A DNA stretch of 36,344 bases. Source: a virus. Its lineage: Duplodnaviria > Caudoviricetes. The notes under the pieces were generated by a model. It saw only the letters and a program-made list of their open reading frames with translations, ran no database searches and was not told where the DNA came from. A program made the translations under genes and the position numbers. Positions 1-8,715 of this stretch are shown here, in pieces. The stretch lies in IMG/VR virus record IMGVR_UViG_3300037424_001819, positions 1-36,344 of that record; one strand, given 5' to 3'. Each line of letters begins with the position of its first letter. The first letter of the stretch is position 1.

Positions 1-162
1 CCCCTGATGGAGATTATGCAAGGACACATCCCGGACGAGGAGAGCCCGGACGGTGATTGCTGGGAGACATGGGAAGAACTCAGCGAGGCGGCAGCCGATG
101 AAGTTTACGGTGCCATAGCGCATAACGCTTGCGGTAACCGGACCGGGAACGCGCAGCGTTAG
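1..162 (+). CDS. 3' end of hypothetical cassette ORF (partial); stop codon lies inside attC-like site 1
   Basis: Frame +1 open from base 1 (PLMEIMQGHIPDEE...NAQR) to TAG 160-162. Confidence 0.55.
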   Translation, partial: PLMEIMQGHIPDEESPDGDCWETWEELSEAAADEVYGAIAHNACGNRTGNAQR

Positions 163-189
163 CCGGTCCGGTTGACCAAATGGTTGGAA
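120..189 (-). other. attC-type recombination site 1
   Basis: Minus strand: R'' TTCCAAC, 5 nt, L'' GGTCAACC, central hairpin, L' GGTTACC, 6 nt, R' GTTATGC; one extra base in L''. Confidence 0.85.
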
Positions 190-217
190 CGCGATTACCA
201 CAGAAGGAGGGTTTACG

Positions 218-730
218 ATGATTGACCTGCAACCGTTTTGCGCTGACCCGGAGATTTACAGACGAGCCATCAACGCCCCGTGGTCCCGTGATGGATACAC
301 ATTCGCCACCGACGGCGCCTTGCTTATCCGGGTGCCGTACCGGGCAGAAGTAGAAGACCGTGAGGGTGCCCCCCAAGTCATGGGCAATCGTATCGGCGCG
401 ATCTTCGCCAGGGAGCCTGCCGACTGGTTTGATATTCCAGAATTTCCGCCGCCTGCCTCAGACGAGTGTAAGGAGTGTGAAGGTGATGGATGGGTGTCCC
501 CCCGCACTCAGTACAACGTGTACGACGACCAAGAGTGTAAAACTTGCGACGGCAAAGGTAGAGTGCAGCAAGATAAACCGGTTGAGATTGGTGGTTTTTA
601 TTTTGCGGACAGGCTGTTGACAATATTGCGCCAGTTGCCGAACGTGAAGATCGGACCTCTCGGCCCCAATGACGCGGCCCGAGTAACATTTGACGGCGGC
701 GACGGGTTGTTGATGCCACGGCGCAAGTAG
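218..730 (+). CDS. Cassette-borne hypothetical protein with CxxCxGxG zinc-finger insert and sliding-clamp-like segments
   Basis: RBS AAGGAGG; CKECEGDG...CKTCDGKG; ATDG and terminal GLLMP motifs reminiscent of DnaN. Confidence 0.75.
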   Translation: MIDLQPFCADPEIYRRAINAPWSRDGYTFATDGALLIRVPYRAEVEDREGAPQVMGNRIGAIFAREPADWFDIPEFPPPASDECKECEGDGWVSPRTQYNVYDDQECKTCDGKGRVQQDKPVEIGGFYFADRLLTILRQLPNVKIGPLGPNDAARVTFDGGDGLLMPRRK

Positions 731-744
731 CCCGCTGCCGAGCG

Positions 745-801
745 TTCCAACGCGGAACTATCCAGCCTGCGGAGCAGGTCTGGATGAGTGACTGATTAGC
801 C
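745..801 (-). other. attC-type recombination site 2 (degenerate R'')
   Basis: Minus strand: GGCTAAT, 5 nt, L'' ACTCATCC, hairpin, L' GGATAGT, 5 nt, R' GTTGGAA. Confidence 0.7.
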
Positions 802-846
802 CGCCTTGAGCAGCCACACGACTTAATGGACCGAGTACATAAAATT

Positions 847-1650
847 ATGACCCTCACCTGCCCCTGCTGCCACGCCAAATACCCCCTGGACGCCGCCCTC
901 GAAGGCGAGGCCGCCGGCGAGCTGCAGCTACTGCTCGCCCAGGCCGGCCCACTGGCCCGGCCGCTGGTCGCCTACCTCGGCATGTTCCGCAGCAAAACCC
1001 GGGCGCTGTCCTTCGATCGGGCCGTGAAGCTGGCCCGCGAAGTGCTGGAGCTCGGCGCGGATCCGCGCGCCCTGGTCACCGGCCTGGTCGAGACCGTCGA
1101 GGCGCTGCGCCGCAAGCGCGACCAGGGTGATATCCGGCCGCTCAAGGATCACCGGTATCTGTCCAGCGTGCTGCAGTCGGTCGGCGCCGTCGCGGCGGTG
1201 CCGGCGCCGGCGATCGACTTTGACGCCGTGCCCGGGCTGGGTACCGCGGTCAAGGGCAAGCGCCGCCAGGCGGTCGATCTGCTCGGCGAGTGGGGCGCCA
1301 CCTCACGGCTGCGCCAGGCGATCGCCATCGGCCTGATCGGCCTGGTCGCCATCGGCCGGCCCGGCACGCCGGCGGCCGACATGGTCCAGGCCAACGCCGA
1401 CCTGTGGCTGCACCTGCTGACCAAACAGGGGCTGGTCGAGTGCGACGAGGACATCGACCGGGTCTACAAGGCGTTTTCAAGCCTCGTTCAACAGTCGATG
1501 AAAGACTACCCCGAGCCGGCGGCGATCCTCCCCCACCTGCCCCGCCGCAAGCCGCAAGACCGCATTGCCGAGCCCGAACCGAGCGCCGAGCAGCGCGCTG
1601 CCGCCCTGGCGGCCGCTGCCGTCGCCCGTCAAGCCGTGGAGAGAATGTGA
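847..1650 (+). CDS. Mu-like phage hypothetical protein (N-terminal CPCC motif)
   Basis: MTLTCPCCHAKYPLDA...YLGMFR type seen before mor in Mu-like prophages; stop overlaps mor start. Confidence 0.75.
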   Translation: MTLTCPCCHAKYPLDAALEGEAAGELQLLLAQAGPLARPLVAYLGMFRSKTRALSFDRAVKLAREVLELGADPRALVTGLVETVEALRRKRDQGDIRPLKDHRYLSSVLQSVGAVAAVPAPAIDFDAVPGLGTAVKGKRRQAVDLLGEWGATSRLRQAIAIGLIGLVAIGRPGTPAADMVQANADLWLHLLTKQGLVECDEDIDRVYKAFSSLVQQSMKDYPEPAAILPHLPRRKPQDRIAEPEPSAEQRAAALAAAAVARQAVERM

Positions 1651-2006
1651 TGGACAACCTGGCCGAAGAACACGACGACAAGTATCCCGAAATTCTGGTC
1701 GACCTGCGCGACGGGCTGACCGAGATCCTCATCGAGGCCGGCGCCGACGCGGTCAAGGCCAAGGGGCTGGCCTTCGCCGCCGCCGAGCGCATCCGCAAGC
1801 GCTGGCAGGGCCTGGCCGTCTACATCCCCAAGGGGCGCGCCTGGGAGCTGACCCGGCGAGATTTCGAGATCTACCGCCGGTTCAACGGCGACAACCGGCA
1901 CCAGCTCTGCCGCGAGCACGACATCACCGAACAGCGGCTCTACCAGATCATCGCGCGGGTGCGCTCTGAGGAGATCGCCAGGCGGCAGTTGAGATTGTTC
2001 GATTGA
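1650..2006 (+). CDS. mor: Mor/C family transcription activator
   Basis: WQGLAVYIPKG...RDFEIYRRFNGDN...LYQII signature; position just before lysis/late genes. Confidence 0.9.
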   Translation: MDNLAEEHDDKYPEILVDLRDGLTEILIEAGADAVKAKGLAFAAAERIRKRWQGLAVYIPKGRAWELTRRDFEIYRRFNGDNRHQLCREHDITEQRLYQIIARVRSEEIARRQLRLFD

Positions 2007-2052
2007 CACCGACCCCGTTTTGCAGTAGTTGTAAAAGGTGCACCCACCTCAC

Positions 2053-2084
2053 GCCCCTCCCATCCGGAGGGGCTTTTTCTTTTT
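2053..2084 (+). terminator. Rho-independent terminator after mor
   Basis: GCCCCTCC/GGAGGGGC stem followed by TTTTTCTTTTT. Confidence 0.75.
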
Positions 2085-2125
2085 AAAGTCCTTTGCAATA
2101 ACTCCCGCCCGCCTTTTCGTATTCT
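2080..2125 (+). promoter_or_regulatory. Putative Mor/C-activated late promoter (Plys-like)
   Basis: TTTTTAAAGTCCTTT identical to 10130-10144; -10-like TATTCT about 25 nt downstream. Confidence 0.55.
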
Positions 2126-2305
2126 GACCCTGCCATCGTTCTTCTCTTTCTCCTCCCGGGCCGGGGTTCGCCAGACCCCGGCCCACCCTTAGCGAACCTT
2201 ATGCGCTGACTGGAAATACAAAGGGGGCTTGTCCCCGACTACGGCAGCCGGAACCAGCCGGCACGATGACGCCCGGGGACTTCGGCCCCCGGGCAAGGTG
2301 ATTCC

Positions 2306-2479
2306 ATGATGCTGACCGTCACCCCACCCTGCGCCTGCCGCGCCGTCAACCTCGCCTATGGCGCTTGTTTTGGCGAGCTCGCCACCTGCTCGATCCGCTG
2401 CCGATTTCTCGACCGGGTCGAGGCGGCCAGGGAGGCGAAGCAGTTGTCCTGCTGGGAGAAGACCCAGCCGGCCGAGTAA
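2306..2479 (+). CDS. Small Cys-rich hypothetical protein (57 aa)
   Basis: ATG after AAGGTG, phage-like codon usage, ends just before the lysis gene RBS. Confidence 0.45.
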   Translation: MMLTVTPPCACRAVNLAYGACFGELATCSIRCRFLDRVEAAREAKQLSCWEKTQPAE

Positions 2480-2500
2480 CCCCAACCGAAGGAGCAAGCG

Positions 2501-3400
2501 ATGATCTGGTTGAAGACGGTGCTTTTCGAACTCAGAAGAATCTGGCCGCTGCTGGCGGTCATCGCCGTGGCGCTGCTCATTTTTGGCGACCCGGCCCAGC
2601 TGGCGGTGCAGCTCTACCAGCTCTCCATGGCGGCCCTGGTCCTGATCGCCGCCCACCACATCCGCAAGGCGATGTTCCCCTACCTCGACCTCTCCCAGTT
2701 TGTCCGCGAGGCCAAGGACGGCAACCTCGCGGCGGCGGTGGTGGTCGCTGCCGTGATCGCCCTGATCTCCGTGCTGATCCTGGCGACCACCACCATGGCC
2801 AGTGAGATTCCGGAGCGTGCCCGGCCGCACCTGCCCACCCTCGCCGCCGCCCTGGATACCCACTGGCCGCAGGCGCCGCACCGGCACCTCGCCGCCGGCC
2901 AGGTCGAGCAGGAAAGCGGCTGGAAGGAGCGGGCCACCCTGAAGACCAGCCGCGAGCTGGGCCGGGGGCTGGCGCAGTTGACTATCGCTTACGATGCGCA
3001 GGGCGCCGAGCGGTTTAACACCTACCGGGATGCCGTCCGCCATAAATCCCTGGCCGCCTGGGACTGGCGGAGCGACCCCTACAACCCGCGCTATCAACTG
3101 GCGTACCTGGTCCTGCGCGACCGGGCCGAATGGGCTGCCATGCGGATGCTGATGGTCGACGACCTGGAGAGGTGGAAATCGGCTCTGGTCTGCTACAACG
3201 CAGGCCGGGGCCGAGTTCTAGCCCGGCGGGCCTACGCTCTGGCGGCGGGGCTGCCGGCCGACCGGTGGAGCGGCGGGTTGGATCTTGCCCACGGCCCTAG
3301 CGAGGACCGCCTGCTTTACGGCCGCCCGCTCTGGCAGGCGGTCAACGAGTATCCCCGCAAGGTCGTCGGCCGGGCTGAGAAGTACCGGGGGGCCGTATGA
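2501..3400 (+). CDS. Holin-like membrane domain fused to lytic transglycosylase (endolysin)
   Basis: Three hydrophobic segments with RKAMFPYLDL, then GQVEQES (catalytic Glu), GLAQLT and YNAG SLT motifs. Confidence 0.8.
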   Translation: MIWLKTVLFELRRIWPLLAVIAVALLIFGDPAQLAVQLYQLSMAALVLIAAHHIRKAMFPYLDLSQFVREAKDGNLAAAVVVAAVIALISVLILATTTMASEIPERARPHLPTLAAALDTHWPQAPHRHLAAGQVEQESGWKERATLKTSRELGRGLAQLTIAYDAQGAERFNTYRDAVRHKSLAAWDWRSDPYNPRYQLAYLVLRDRAEWAAMRMLMVDDLERWKSALVCYNAGRGRVLARRAYALAAGLPADRWSGGLDLAHGPSEDRLLYGRPLWQAVNEYPRKVVGRAEKYRGAV

Positions 3401-3603
3401 GCCGCTTCGGCAGCCGCAAGTTCCTGCTGGCGGTCGGCTTCGTGCTCGCCTGCATCGGCCTGCTCTGCTTCGGCAAGCTGGACCAGGCCGCCTTCGTCAC
3501 CCTCTCGCAATGGGCGCTCTCCGGCTACCTGGGGGCCAACGTGCTGCACCGGCTGGTTGAAAAGGGGGTCTCCCTTCCCGCCGGCGGCAAGGAGGTCGCA
3601 TGA
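3397..3603 (+). CDS. Small two-TM protein, putative holin
   Basis: SRKFLLAV...YLGANV; ATGA-coupled within lysis cluster. Confidence 0.6.
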   Translation: MSRFGSRKFLLAVGFVLACIGLLCFGKLDQAAFVTLSQWALSGYLGANVLHRLVEKGVSLPAGGKEVA

Positions 3604-4148
3604 TCCGCCGACTGCAGATCGGTTTGGTTGTTGCCGCCGCTGTCGCGGTGGCCGGCTGGAGCCTGTGGCGCTGGTACGCGCCGGAGACGCCGATCACCCA
3701 AGCCGCCTACACGGCGGCGCAGCCGGAAGGGAAGTCGGCCGCCTTGGTCAAAGAAGAAATCCCGGTCACTCGCGTCAAGTCCTTGCCCAAGGCCGCAGCC
3801 AGCAAGAAGCTGAGGCTGCCCGCCGAGGTCGCCGCCGACCCCACGCAGCAGATCCTGGATGCCGTCGTGGTGCCGCCGACCCGGGGCGGGGCGACCGCCG
3901 TCGCCGTGCTCGACACCGCCAGTGGCGAGACGCGCACGCTGGTGCGAGAACGACCCCGGCCGCTGCTGTCTTTGGAGCGGGGCGGCGAGGCGGGAATCCG
4001 CTACGGCCTGGCGGCTGGCGGCAATCAGGCGGCGCTCTACGTGCGGCAGGATCTGGCCCGAGCCGGCAACCTCTACCTCGCCCTCTATGGCGAAGCGACC
4101 ACCCGCCCCGAGGGCCGGGCCATGGTCGAGCTCAGCGTGAGGTGGTAG
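3600..4148 (+). CDS. Membrane-anchored lysis-cluster protein (possible spanin)
   Basis: N-terminal TM, C-terminal alternating beta-strands ending in W; position after endolysin. Confidence 0.5.
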   Translation: MIRRLQIGLVVAAAVAVAGWSLWRWYAPETPITQAAYTAAQPEGKSAALVKEEIPVTRVKSLPKAAASKKLRLPAEVAADPTQQILDAVVVPPTRGGATAVAVLDTASGETRTLVRERPRPLLSLERGGEAGIRYGLAAGGNQAALYVRQDLARAGNLYLALYGEATTRPEGRAMVELSVRW

Positions 4149-4150
4149 CC

Positions 4151-4384
4151 GTGCCCGACGATTTCGACCGCGCCCAGGCGATCAACGAGCAGCTGCTGGC
4201 CGACGCCCTGGACGCCCACCAACGCCGCCGTCCTCGCATCGATCCTGCCGCTTTCGCGCCCACCGAATGCGAGGACTGCGGCGAGCCGATCAGCGAGAAG
4301 CGCATGCAGGCCATGCCCGGTTGTATCCGCTGCATCGATTGCCAAACGAACCACGAACGCGACACGAAGAGGGGAGCGAGATAG
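4151..4384 (+). CDS. TraR/DksA C4 zinc-finger protein
   Basis: GTG start; D-x-F-D-R-A-Q and CEDCGEPISEKR...CIRCIDCQ. Confidence 0.85.
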   Translation: MPDDFDRAQAINEQLLADALDAHQRRRPRIDPAAFAPTECEDCGEPISEKRMQAMPGCIRCIDCQTNHERDTKRGAR

Positions 4385-4798
4385 ATGGATTACACCGCCT
4401 GGCGGTTCTGGGTTGATATGGGGCTGCTGATCATCTTCGCCGCCCAGTTTGTTTACACCTGGTGGAGTAACCGCGAGAAGGTCAGCGCCAAGCGGTTCGC
4501 GACCCTGGAGAGACAGGTGAGCGAGCGCCTGGCCATCGAGACCCACAACGGCCTGCAAAAAGAGCAGGACAGTAAATGCGCCCAGCACCGCGAGCGCACC
4601 GACAAGGTCGAGGGGGACACCACCCGGCTGAAGCTGGAAGTCCGCCACCTGCCGAGCCACAAGGATATCTCGGCGCTCTCCTACACCATCAGCGAACTGC
4701 ACGGCTCGATTCAACATTTTGCCGGACGGCTCGAAGGCCTGGGCCGCGCGGTCGACCTGGTCAACGAATTCCTCATCTCGCAAGGGGGTAAGAAATGA
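4385..4798 (+). CDS. Mu-like gp25/DUF2730-type membrane coiled-coil protein
   Basis: N-terminal TM, LEVRHLPSHKDI motif, synteny. Confidence 0.7.
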   Translation: MDYTAWRFWVDMGLLIIFAAQFVYTWWSNREKVSAKRFATLERQVSERLAIETHNGLQKEQDSKCAQHRERTDKVEGDTTRLKLEVRHLPSHKDISALSYTISELHGSIQHFAGRLEGLGRAVDLVNEFLISQGGKK

Positions 4799-5094
4799 GC
4801 CACCACTATCTCTCCCTGCTCGCCGCCGATATCCGCCTGGTCATCCTGCGCGCCCTGGCGGAAGACCCCGGCTACACCATGAATGAATCGGTCCTGCAGA
4901 CGGTCCTCGGCGTGTTCGGCCACACCTGCAGCCGCGACCGGGTGCGCACCGAGCTGCGCTGGCTGGAGGAGCAGGGCCTGATCAGCAATCAGGAGGTCGC
5001 CACCGTCCTGGTCGCCCGCCTCAGCGCCCGCGGGGCGGATGTTGCCAGCGGCGCCGCCCGGGTCGACGGCGTCAAGCGGCCGAGTCCTCGCTGA
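4795..5094 (+). CDS. Mu gp26-like winged-helix protein
   Basis: RLVILRAL...NES...SRDRVRTELRWLEEQGL...RGADVA.G...GVKRP. Confidence 0.8.
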   Translation: MSHHYLSLLAADIRLVILRALAEDPGYTMNESVLQTVLGVFGHTCSRDRVRTELRWLEEQGLISNQEVATVLVARLSARGADVASGAARVDGVKRPSPR

Positions 5095-5702
5095 TGGGCC
5101 GCCCGCGCAAGAAGCGCCAACCCTCCAGCGTCGACCTGCTGCCGCCGCCCGTCCGGCGTCTCCTCCAGGAGATGCTCGACAACCCGCGCATCACCCAGCT
5201 GCAGGCGGTCGAGAAGATCAACGCCGTCCTCGCCGAACTGCGCGAGGCCGGGGATCCGGAAGTCCTCGACCCGGCCTGTCCCGAGGCGGTGAGCAAGAGC
5301 GCCGTCAACCGCTACGACCTGCAGATGCGCGACGTCGGCGAGCGGCTGCGCCAGTCGCGCGAAGTCGCCGACCGCTGGATCGGCAAGCTTGGCGCCGCGC
5401 CCCAGGGGCAGGTGGGCAACCTGATCAACGAGATCCTGCGCACGCTCAGCTTCGACGTGACGCTCTTCATGCAGGGCGGCACCCTCGATGCCGAGAGCGC
5501 CCCGGCCGTGGTCGGCATGCTGAAAGATCTGGCGCTGACCACCATGCGCTTAGAGAGGGCCGCTAATCTCAACGTCGAGCGCGAGAAGGAGATCCGGCAG
5601 CAGACGATGGAAGAGGCCGCAAAGACCGTCGATAAAACGGCACGCAAGGCCGGGGTGACGGCTGAAACGATCGCACTGATTCACGAGGCGCTGGGGATCT
5701 GA
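5094..5702 (+). CDS. DUF3486 / Mu gp27-like protein (putative terminase small subunit)
   Basis: SSVDLLP, SKSAVNRY motifs; directly upstream of terminase. Confidence 0.8.
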   Translation: MGRPRKKRQPSSVDLLPPPVRRLLQEMLDNPRITQLQAVEKINAVLAELREAGDPEVLDPACPEAVSKSAVNRYDLQMRDVGERLRQSREVADRWIGKLGAAPQGQVGNLINEILRTLSFDVTLFMQGGTLDAESAPAVVGMLKDLALTTMRLERAANLNVEREKEIRQQTMEEAAKTVDKTARKAGVTAETIALIHEALGI

Positions 5703-7129
5703 TGGCCAAAGGCAGGGCAAAAATAATCCCGGTCAACCCGGACGGCATCTTCCTGCCCTATCAGGGAGCGTGGATCAAGGACCACGCCCGTCTCAAGCTC
5801 ATGGAGAAGGCGCGGCAGATCGGCATGTCCTGGAGCACCGCCTGGGCCTGCGACGAGCGCACCGCCATGCAGGACAACAAGCACGATCAGTGGATATCGT
5901 CCCGCGACGACATCCAGGCGCGGCTGTTCATCGAGGACTGCAAGCTGTGGGCGAAGGTCCTGTCCCTGGCCGCCGAGGATCTCGGCGAGGTGGTGCTCGA
6001 CGCCAAGGAGAAGATCTCGGCCTACGTGCTGCGCTTCGCCAACGGCCGGCGTATCAACTCCATGAGCAGCAATCCCGATGCCCAGGCCGGCAAGCGCGGC
6101 GGCCGTGTCCTCGATGAGTTCGCCCTCAACCCCGACCCGCGCAAGCTCTGGTCGATCGCCTACCCCGGCATCACCTGGGGCGGCTCGCTGGAAGTCATCA
6201 GCACCCACCGGGGCAGCAAGAATTTCTTCAACGACCTGGTTCGCGAAGCCCGCGAGCAGGGCAACCCCAAGAACATCAGCCTGCACCGCGTCACGCTACA
6301 GGACGCCCTTGATCAGGGTTTCCTCTACAAGCTGCAGCAAAGCCTGCCGGCTGACGATGAACGCCAGGCGATGGATGAAGCGCAGTACTTCGACTTCACC
6401 AAGGCCGGCTGCGCCGACGAAGAATCGTTTCTTCAGGAGTTCATGTGTCAGCCGGCTGACGATGACGCCGCCTTCCTGGAATACGACCTGATCGCCGCCG
6501 CCGAATACGCCCGCGGCTTCGACTGGCGCACCAAGGAAGGCGGCCGCCTCTTCGCCGGGATCGACATCGGCCGCAAGAAGGACCTCACGGTGCTCTGGTT
6601 ACTGGAACTGCTCGGCGACGTCCTCTATACCCGCGAGGTCCTCACCCTGCAGAACATGCGCAAGAGCGAGCAAGAGGCGATTCTCTGGCCGATCATGGCC
6701 ACCGCCGAACGGAGCTGCATCGACTACACCGGCCTCGGCATCGGCTGGGGCGACGACGCCGTCGACAAGTTCGGCAGCTACCGGGTCGAGTGCGTCACCT
6801 TCACGCCGCGCGTCAAGGAGGCCATGGCCTACCCGGTGCGCTCGAAGATGGAAGACCGGCGGCTGCGCATCCCTTACGACAAGCACATCCGCGCCGACCT
6901 GCGCTCGGTGACCAAACAGACCACCGCCGCCGGCAACATCCGCTTCACCGCCGAGCGCACGCCGGACGGCCATGCCGACCGCTTCTGGGCTCTGGCCCTG
7001 GCGATCGAGGCGGCCGGAGAAGGCGTCATCGAATACGCCTACCACGGCGTCCCCCGCGCCGGCCGCGAACAGGCCGAGCGGCCGATCAAAACCACCGCCG
7101 GCTTCGGCGCCACGAAAGGACTCTGGTAA
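5702..7129 (+). CDS. Terminase large subunit (Mu gp28-like)
   Basis: EKARQIGMSW Walker A region, VLDEFA Walker B, GIDIGR and HADRFWALALA nuclease motifs. Confidence 0.93.
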   Translation: MAKGRAKIIPVNPDGIFLPYQGAWIKDHARLKLMEKARQIGMSWSTAWACDERTAMQDNKHDQWISSRDDIQARLFIEDCKLWAKVLSLAAEDLGEVVLDAKEKISAYVLRFANGRRINSMSSNPDAQAGKRGGRVLDEFALNPDPRKLWSIAYPGITWGGSLEVISTHRGSKNFFNDLVREAREQGNPKNISLHRVTLQDALDQGFLYKLQQSLPADDERQAMDEAQYFDFTKAGCADEESFLQEFMCQPADDDAAFLEYDLIAAAEYARGFDWRTKEGGRLFAGIDIGRKKDLTVLWLLELLGDVLYTREVLTLQNMRKSEQEAILWPIMATAERSCIDYTGLGIGWGDDAVDKFGSYRVECVTFTPRVKEAMAYPVRSKMEDRRLRIPYDKHIRADLRSVTKQTTAAGNIRFTAERTPDGHADRFWALALAIEAAGEGVIEYAYHGVPRAGREQAERPIKTTAGFGATKGLW

Positions 7130-8715
7130 TGGCCCTGCTCGACGCCTACGGCCGCCCCGTCCGCACCCAGGAGCTGACCCGCGAGAAAGCCGCGCCGACG
7201 CTGGCCGGGGTGCGCACCATCTGGACCGACACCGTCGCCTCCGGGCTCACCCCGTACCGCCTCGCCTCCCTGCTGCGCTCGGCGACCGAGGGAGACCATG
7301 ACGCCTACCTGACCCTGGCCGAGGAGATGGAGGAGCGCGACCCGCACTACGCCTGTGAGCTGGGCAAGCGCAAGCTGGCCGTCGGCCGACTGCCGGCGGT
7401 GGTCGAGGCGGCCAGCGACAGCGCCCGCGACATCGAGATCGCCGACGCCGTGCGCGCCCTGGTCAAACGGCCGGGCTTCCGCTTCATGATCAAGGATGCG
7501 CTCGACGGCCTCGGCAAGGGGTTCAGCGTCGTGGAGATCGTCTGGGACCGCACCGGCAGCCGCTGGTGGCCGGGCCGCTACGAGTGGCGCGACCCGCACT
7601 TCTTCCAGTTCGACCAGGTCACCAGGAGGGAAATCCGCCTGCGCGACCTGGAGGCCGGCATCGACGGCCTGCCGCTGGCCCCGTTCGGCTTCATCACCCA
7701 TGTGCCGAAGATCAAGAGCGGGATCCCCATTCGCGGCGGCCTGGCGAGGCTGGCGGCCTGGGCGTTCATGTGCAAGGGTTACAGCCTGAAAGACTGGATG
7801 GCCTTCGCCGAGGTCTTCGGCATGCCGCTGCGCATGGGCAAGTACCGCGCCGGCGCCTCGGCCGAGGACATCGACGTACTCAAGATGGCGGTCGCGAATT
7901 TGGGCTCGGACGCAGCGGCGGTCTTCCCCGAGTCGATGCTGGTCGAGCTGGTCGAGCGCAAGGGGTCGGGTGGCGAGACGGTCTACCAGGTGCTGGCCGA
8001 CCACCTCGACGCCCAGGTCAGCAAGGGCATCCTGGGACAGACCGCCAGCGCCAGCGGCACCGCCGGCAAACTGGGGGACGAGAAGCTGCAGGCGTCGGTG
8101 CGTGATGACATCCGCGACGATGACGCCGATCAGCTGGCGGACACGCTCAATCGCGACCTGATCCGGCCGTTCGTCGACCTCAACTTCGGGCCGCAGGAGG
8201 TCTACCCGACCCTGTCCCTGGAGGCGCCGAAGGCCGAGGATATCAAGGCGCTTTCCGAGGCCCTCGGTATCCTGGTGCCCCTGGGGCTGCGGGTGGAGCA
8301 GTCGGTCATCCGCGACAAGATCGGCCTGCCCGACCCGGACAGGAACGCCAAGCCGGAGGACCTGCTGCAACCCCCCCGCCCTTCGGGCACCCCTCCTGTT
8401 GCACAAGGGGGGCTGAACCGGCAGGCCTGCACCTGCCCCACCTGTGCCACGGCGCTGAATGCTGAGCAGGCCGCCGAGCCCGACACCGCCGAGCGCCTGG
8501 CGGGCAAGCTCTCCGGCGCGGCCGGGCCGGTGATGGACGCCATGCTGGCGCCGATCGCCGAGCTGGTGCGCACCTCGGGCAGCCTGGAGGAGATCCGCGC
8601 CGGGCTGGAGGCGCTGGCCGGGACGATGCCCATGGCCGATATGGGGCGGCTGCTGGCCCAGGCCCTGACCCTGGCGCACCTGGCCGGCCGCGCCGAGGTG
8701 ATCGATGGGAATTGA
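7129..8715 (+). CDS. Portal protein (Mu gp29, DUF935)
   Basis: EEMEERD, DWMAFAEVFGMPLRMGKY, SKGILGQT motifs; ATG overlaps terminase stop. Confidence 0.92.
   Translation: MALLDAYGRPVRTQELTREKAAPTLAGVRTIWTDTVASGLTPYRLASLLRSATEGDHDAYLTLAEEMEERDPHYACELGKRKLAVGRLPAVVEAASDSARDIEIADAVRALVKRPGFRFMIKDALDGLGKGFSVVEIVWDRTGSRWWPGRYEWRDPHFFQFDQVTRREIRLRDLEAGIDGLPLAPFGFITHVPKIKSGIPIRGGLARLAAWAFMCKGYSLKDWMAFAEVFGMPLRMGKYRAGASAEDIDVLKMAVANLGSDAAAVFPESMLVELVERKGSGGETVYQVLADHLDAQVSKGILGQTASASGTAGKLGDEKLQASVRDDIRDDDADQLADTLNRDLIRPFVDLNFGPQEVYPTLSLEAPKAEDIKALSEALGILVPLGLRVEQSVIRDKIGLPDPDRNAKPEDLLQPPRPSGTPPVAQGGLNRQACTCPTCATALNAEQAAEPDTAERLAGKLSGAAGPVMDAMLAPIAELVRTSGSLEEIRAGLEALAGTMPMADMGRLLAQALTLAHLAGRAEVIDGN

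Noticed and set aside
120-801. Plus-strand (conventional) attC reading, or plain terminators
   Set aside because: Spacer lengths and the position of the extra L-box base fit only the minus strand; no U tracts follow the hairpins
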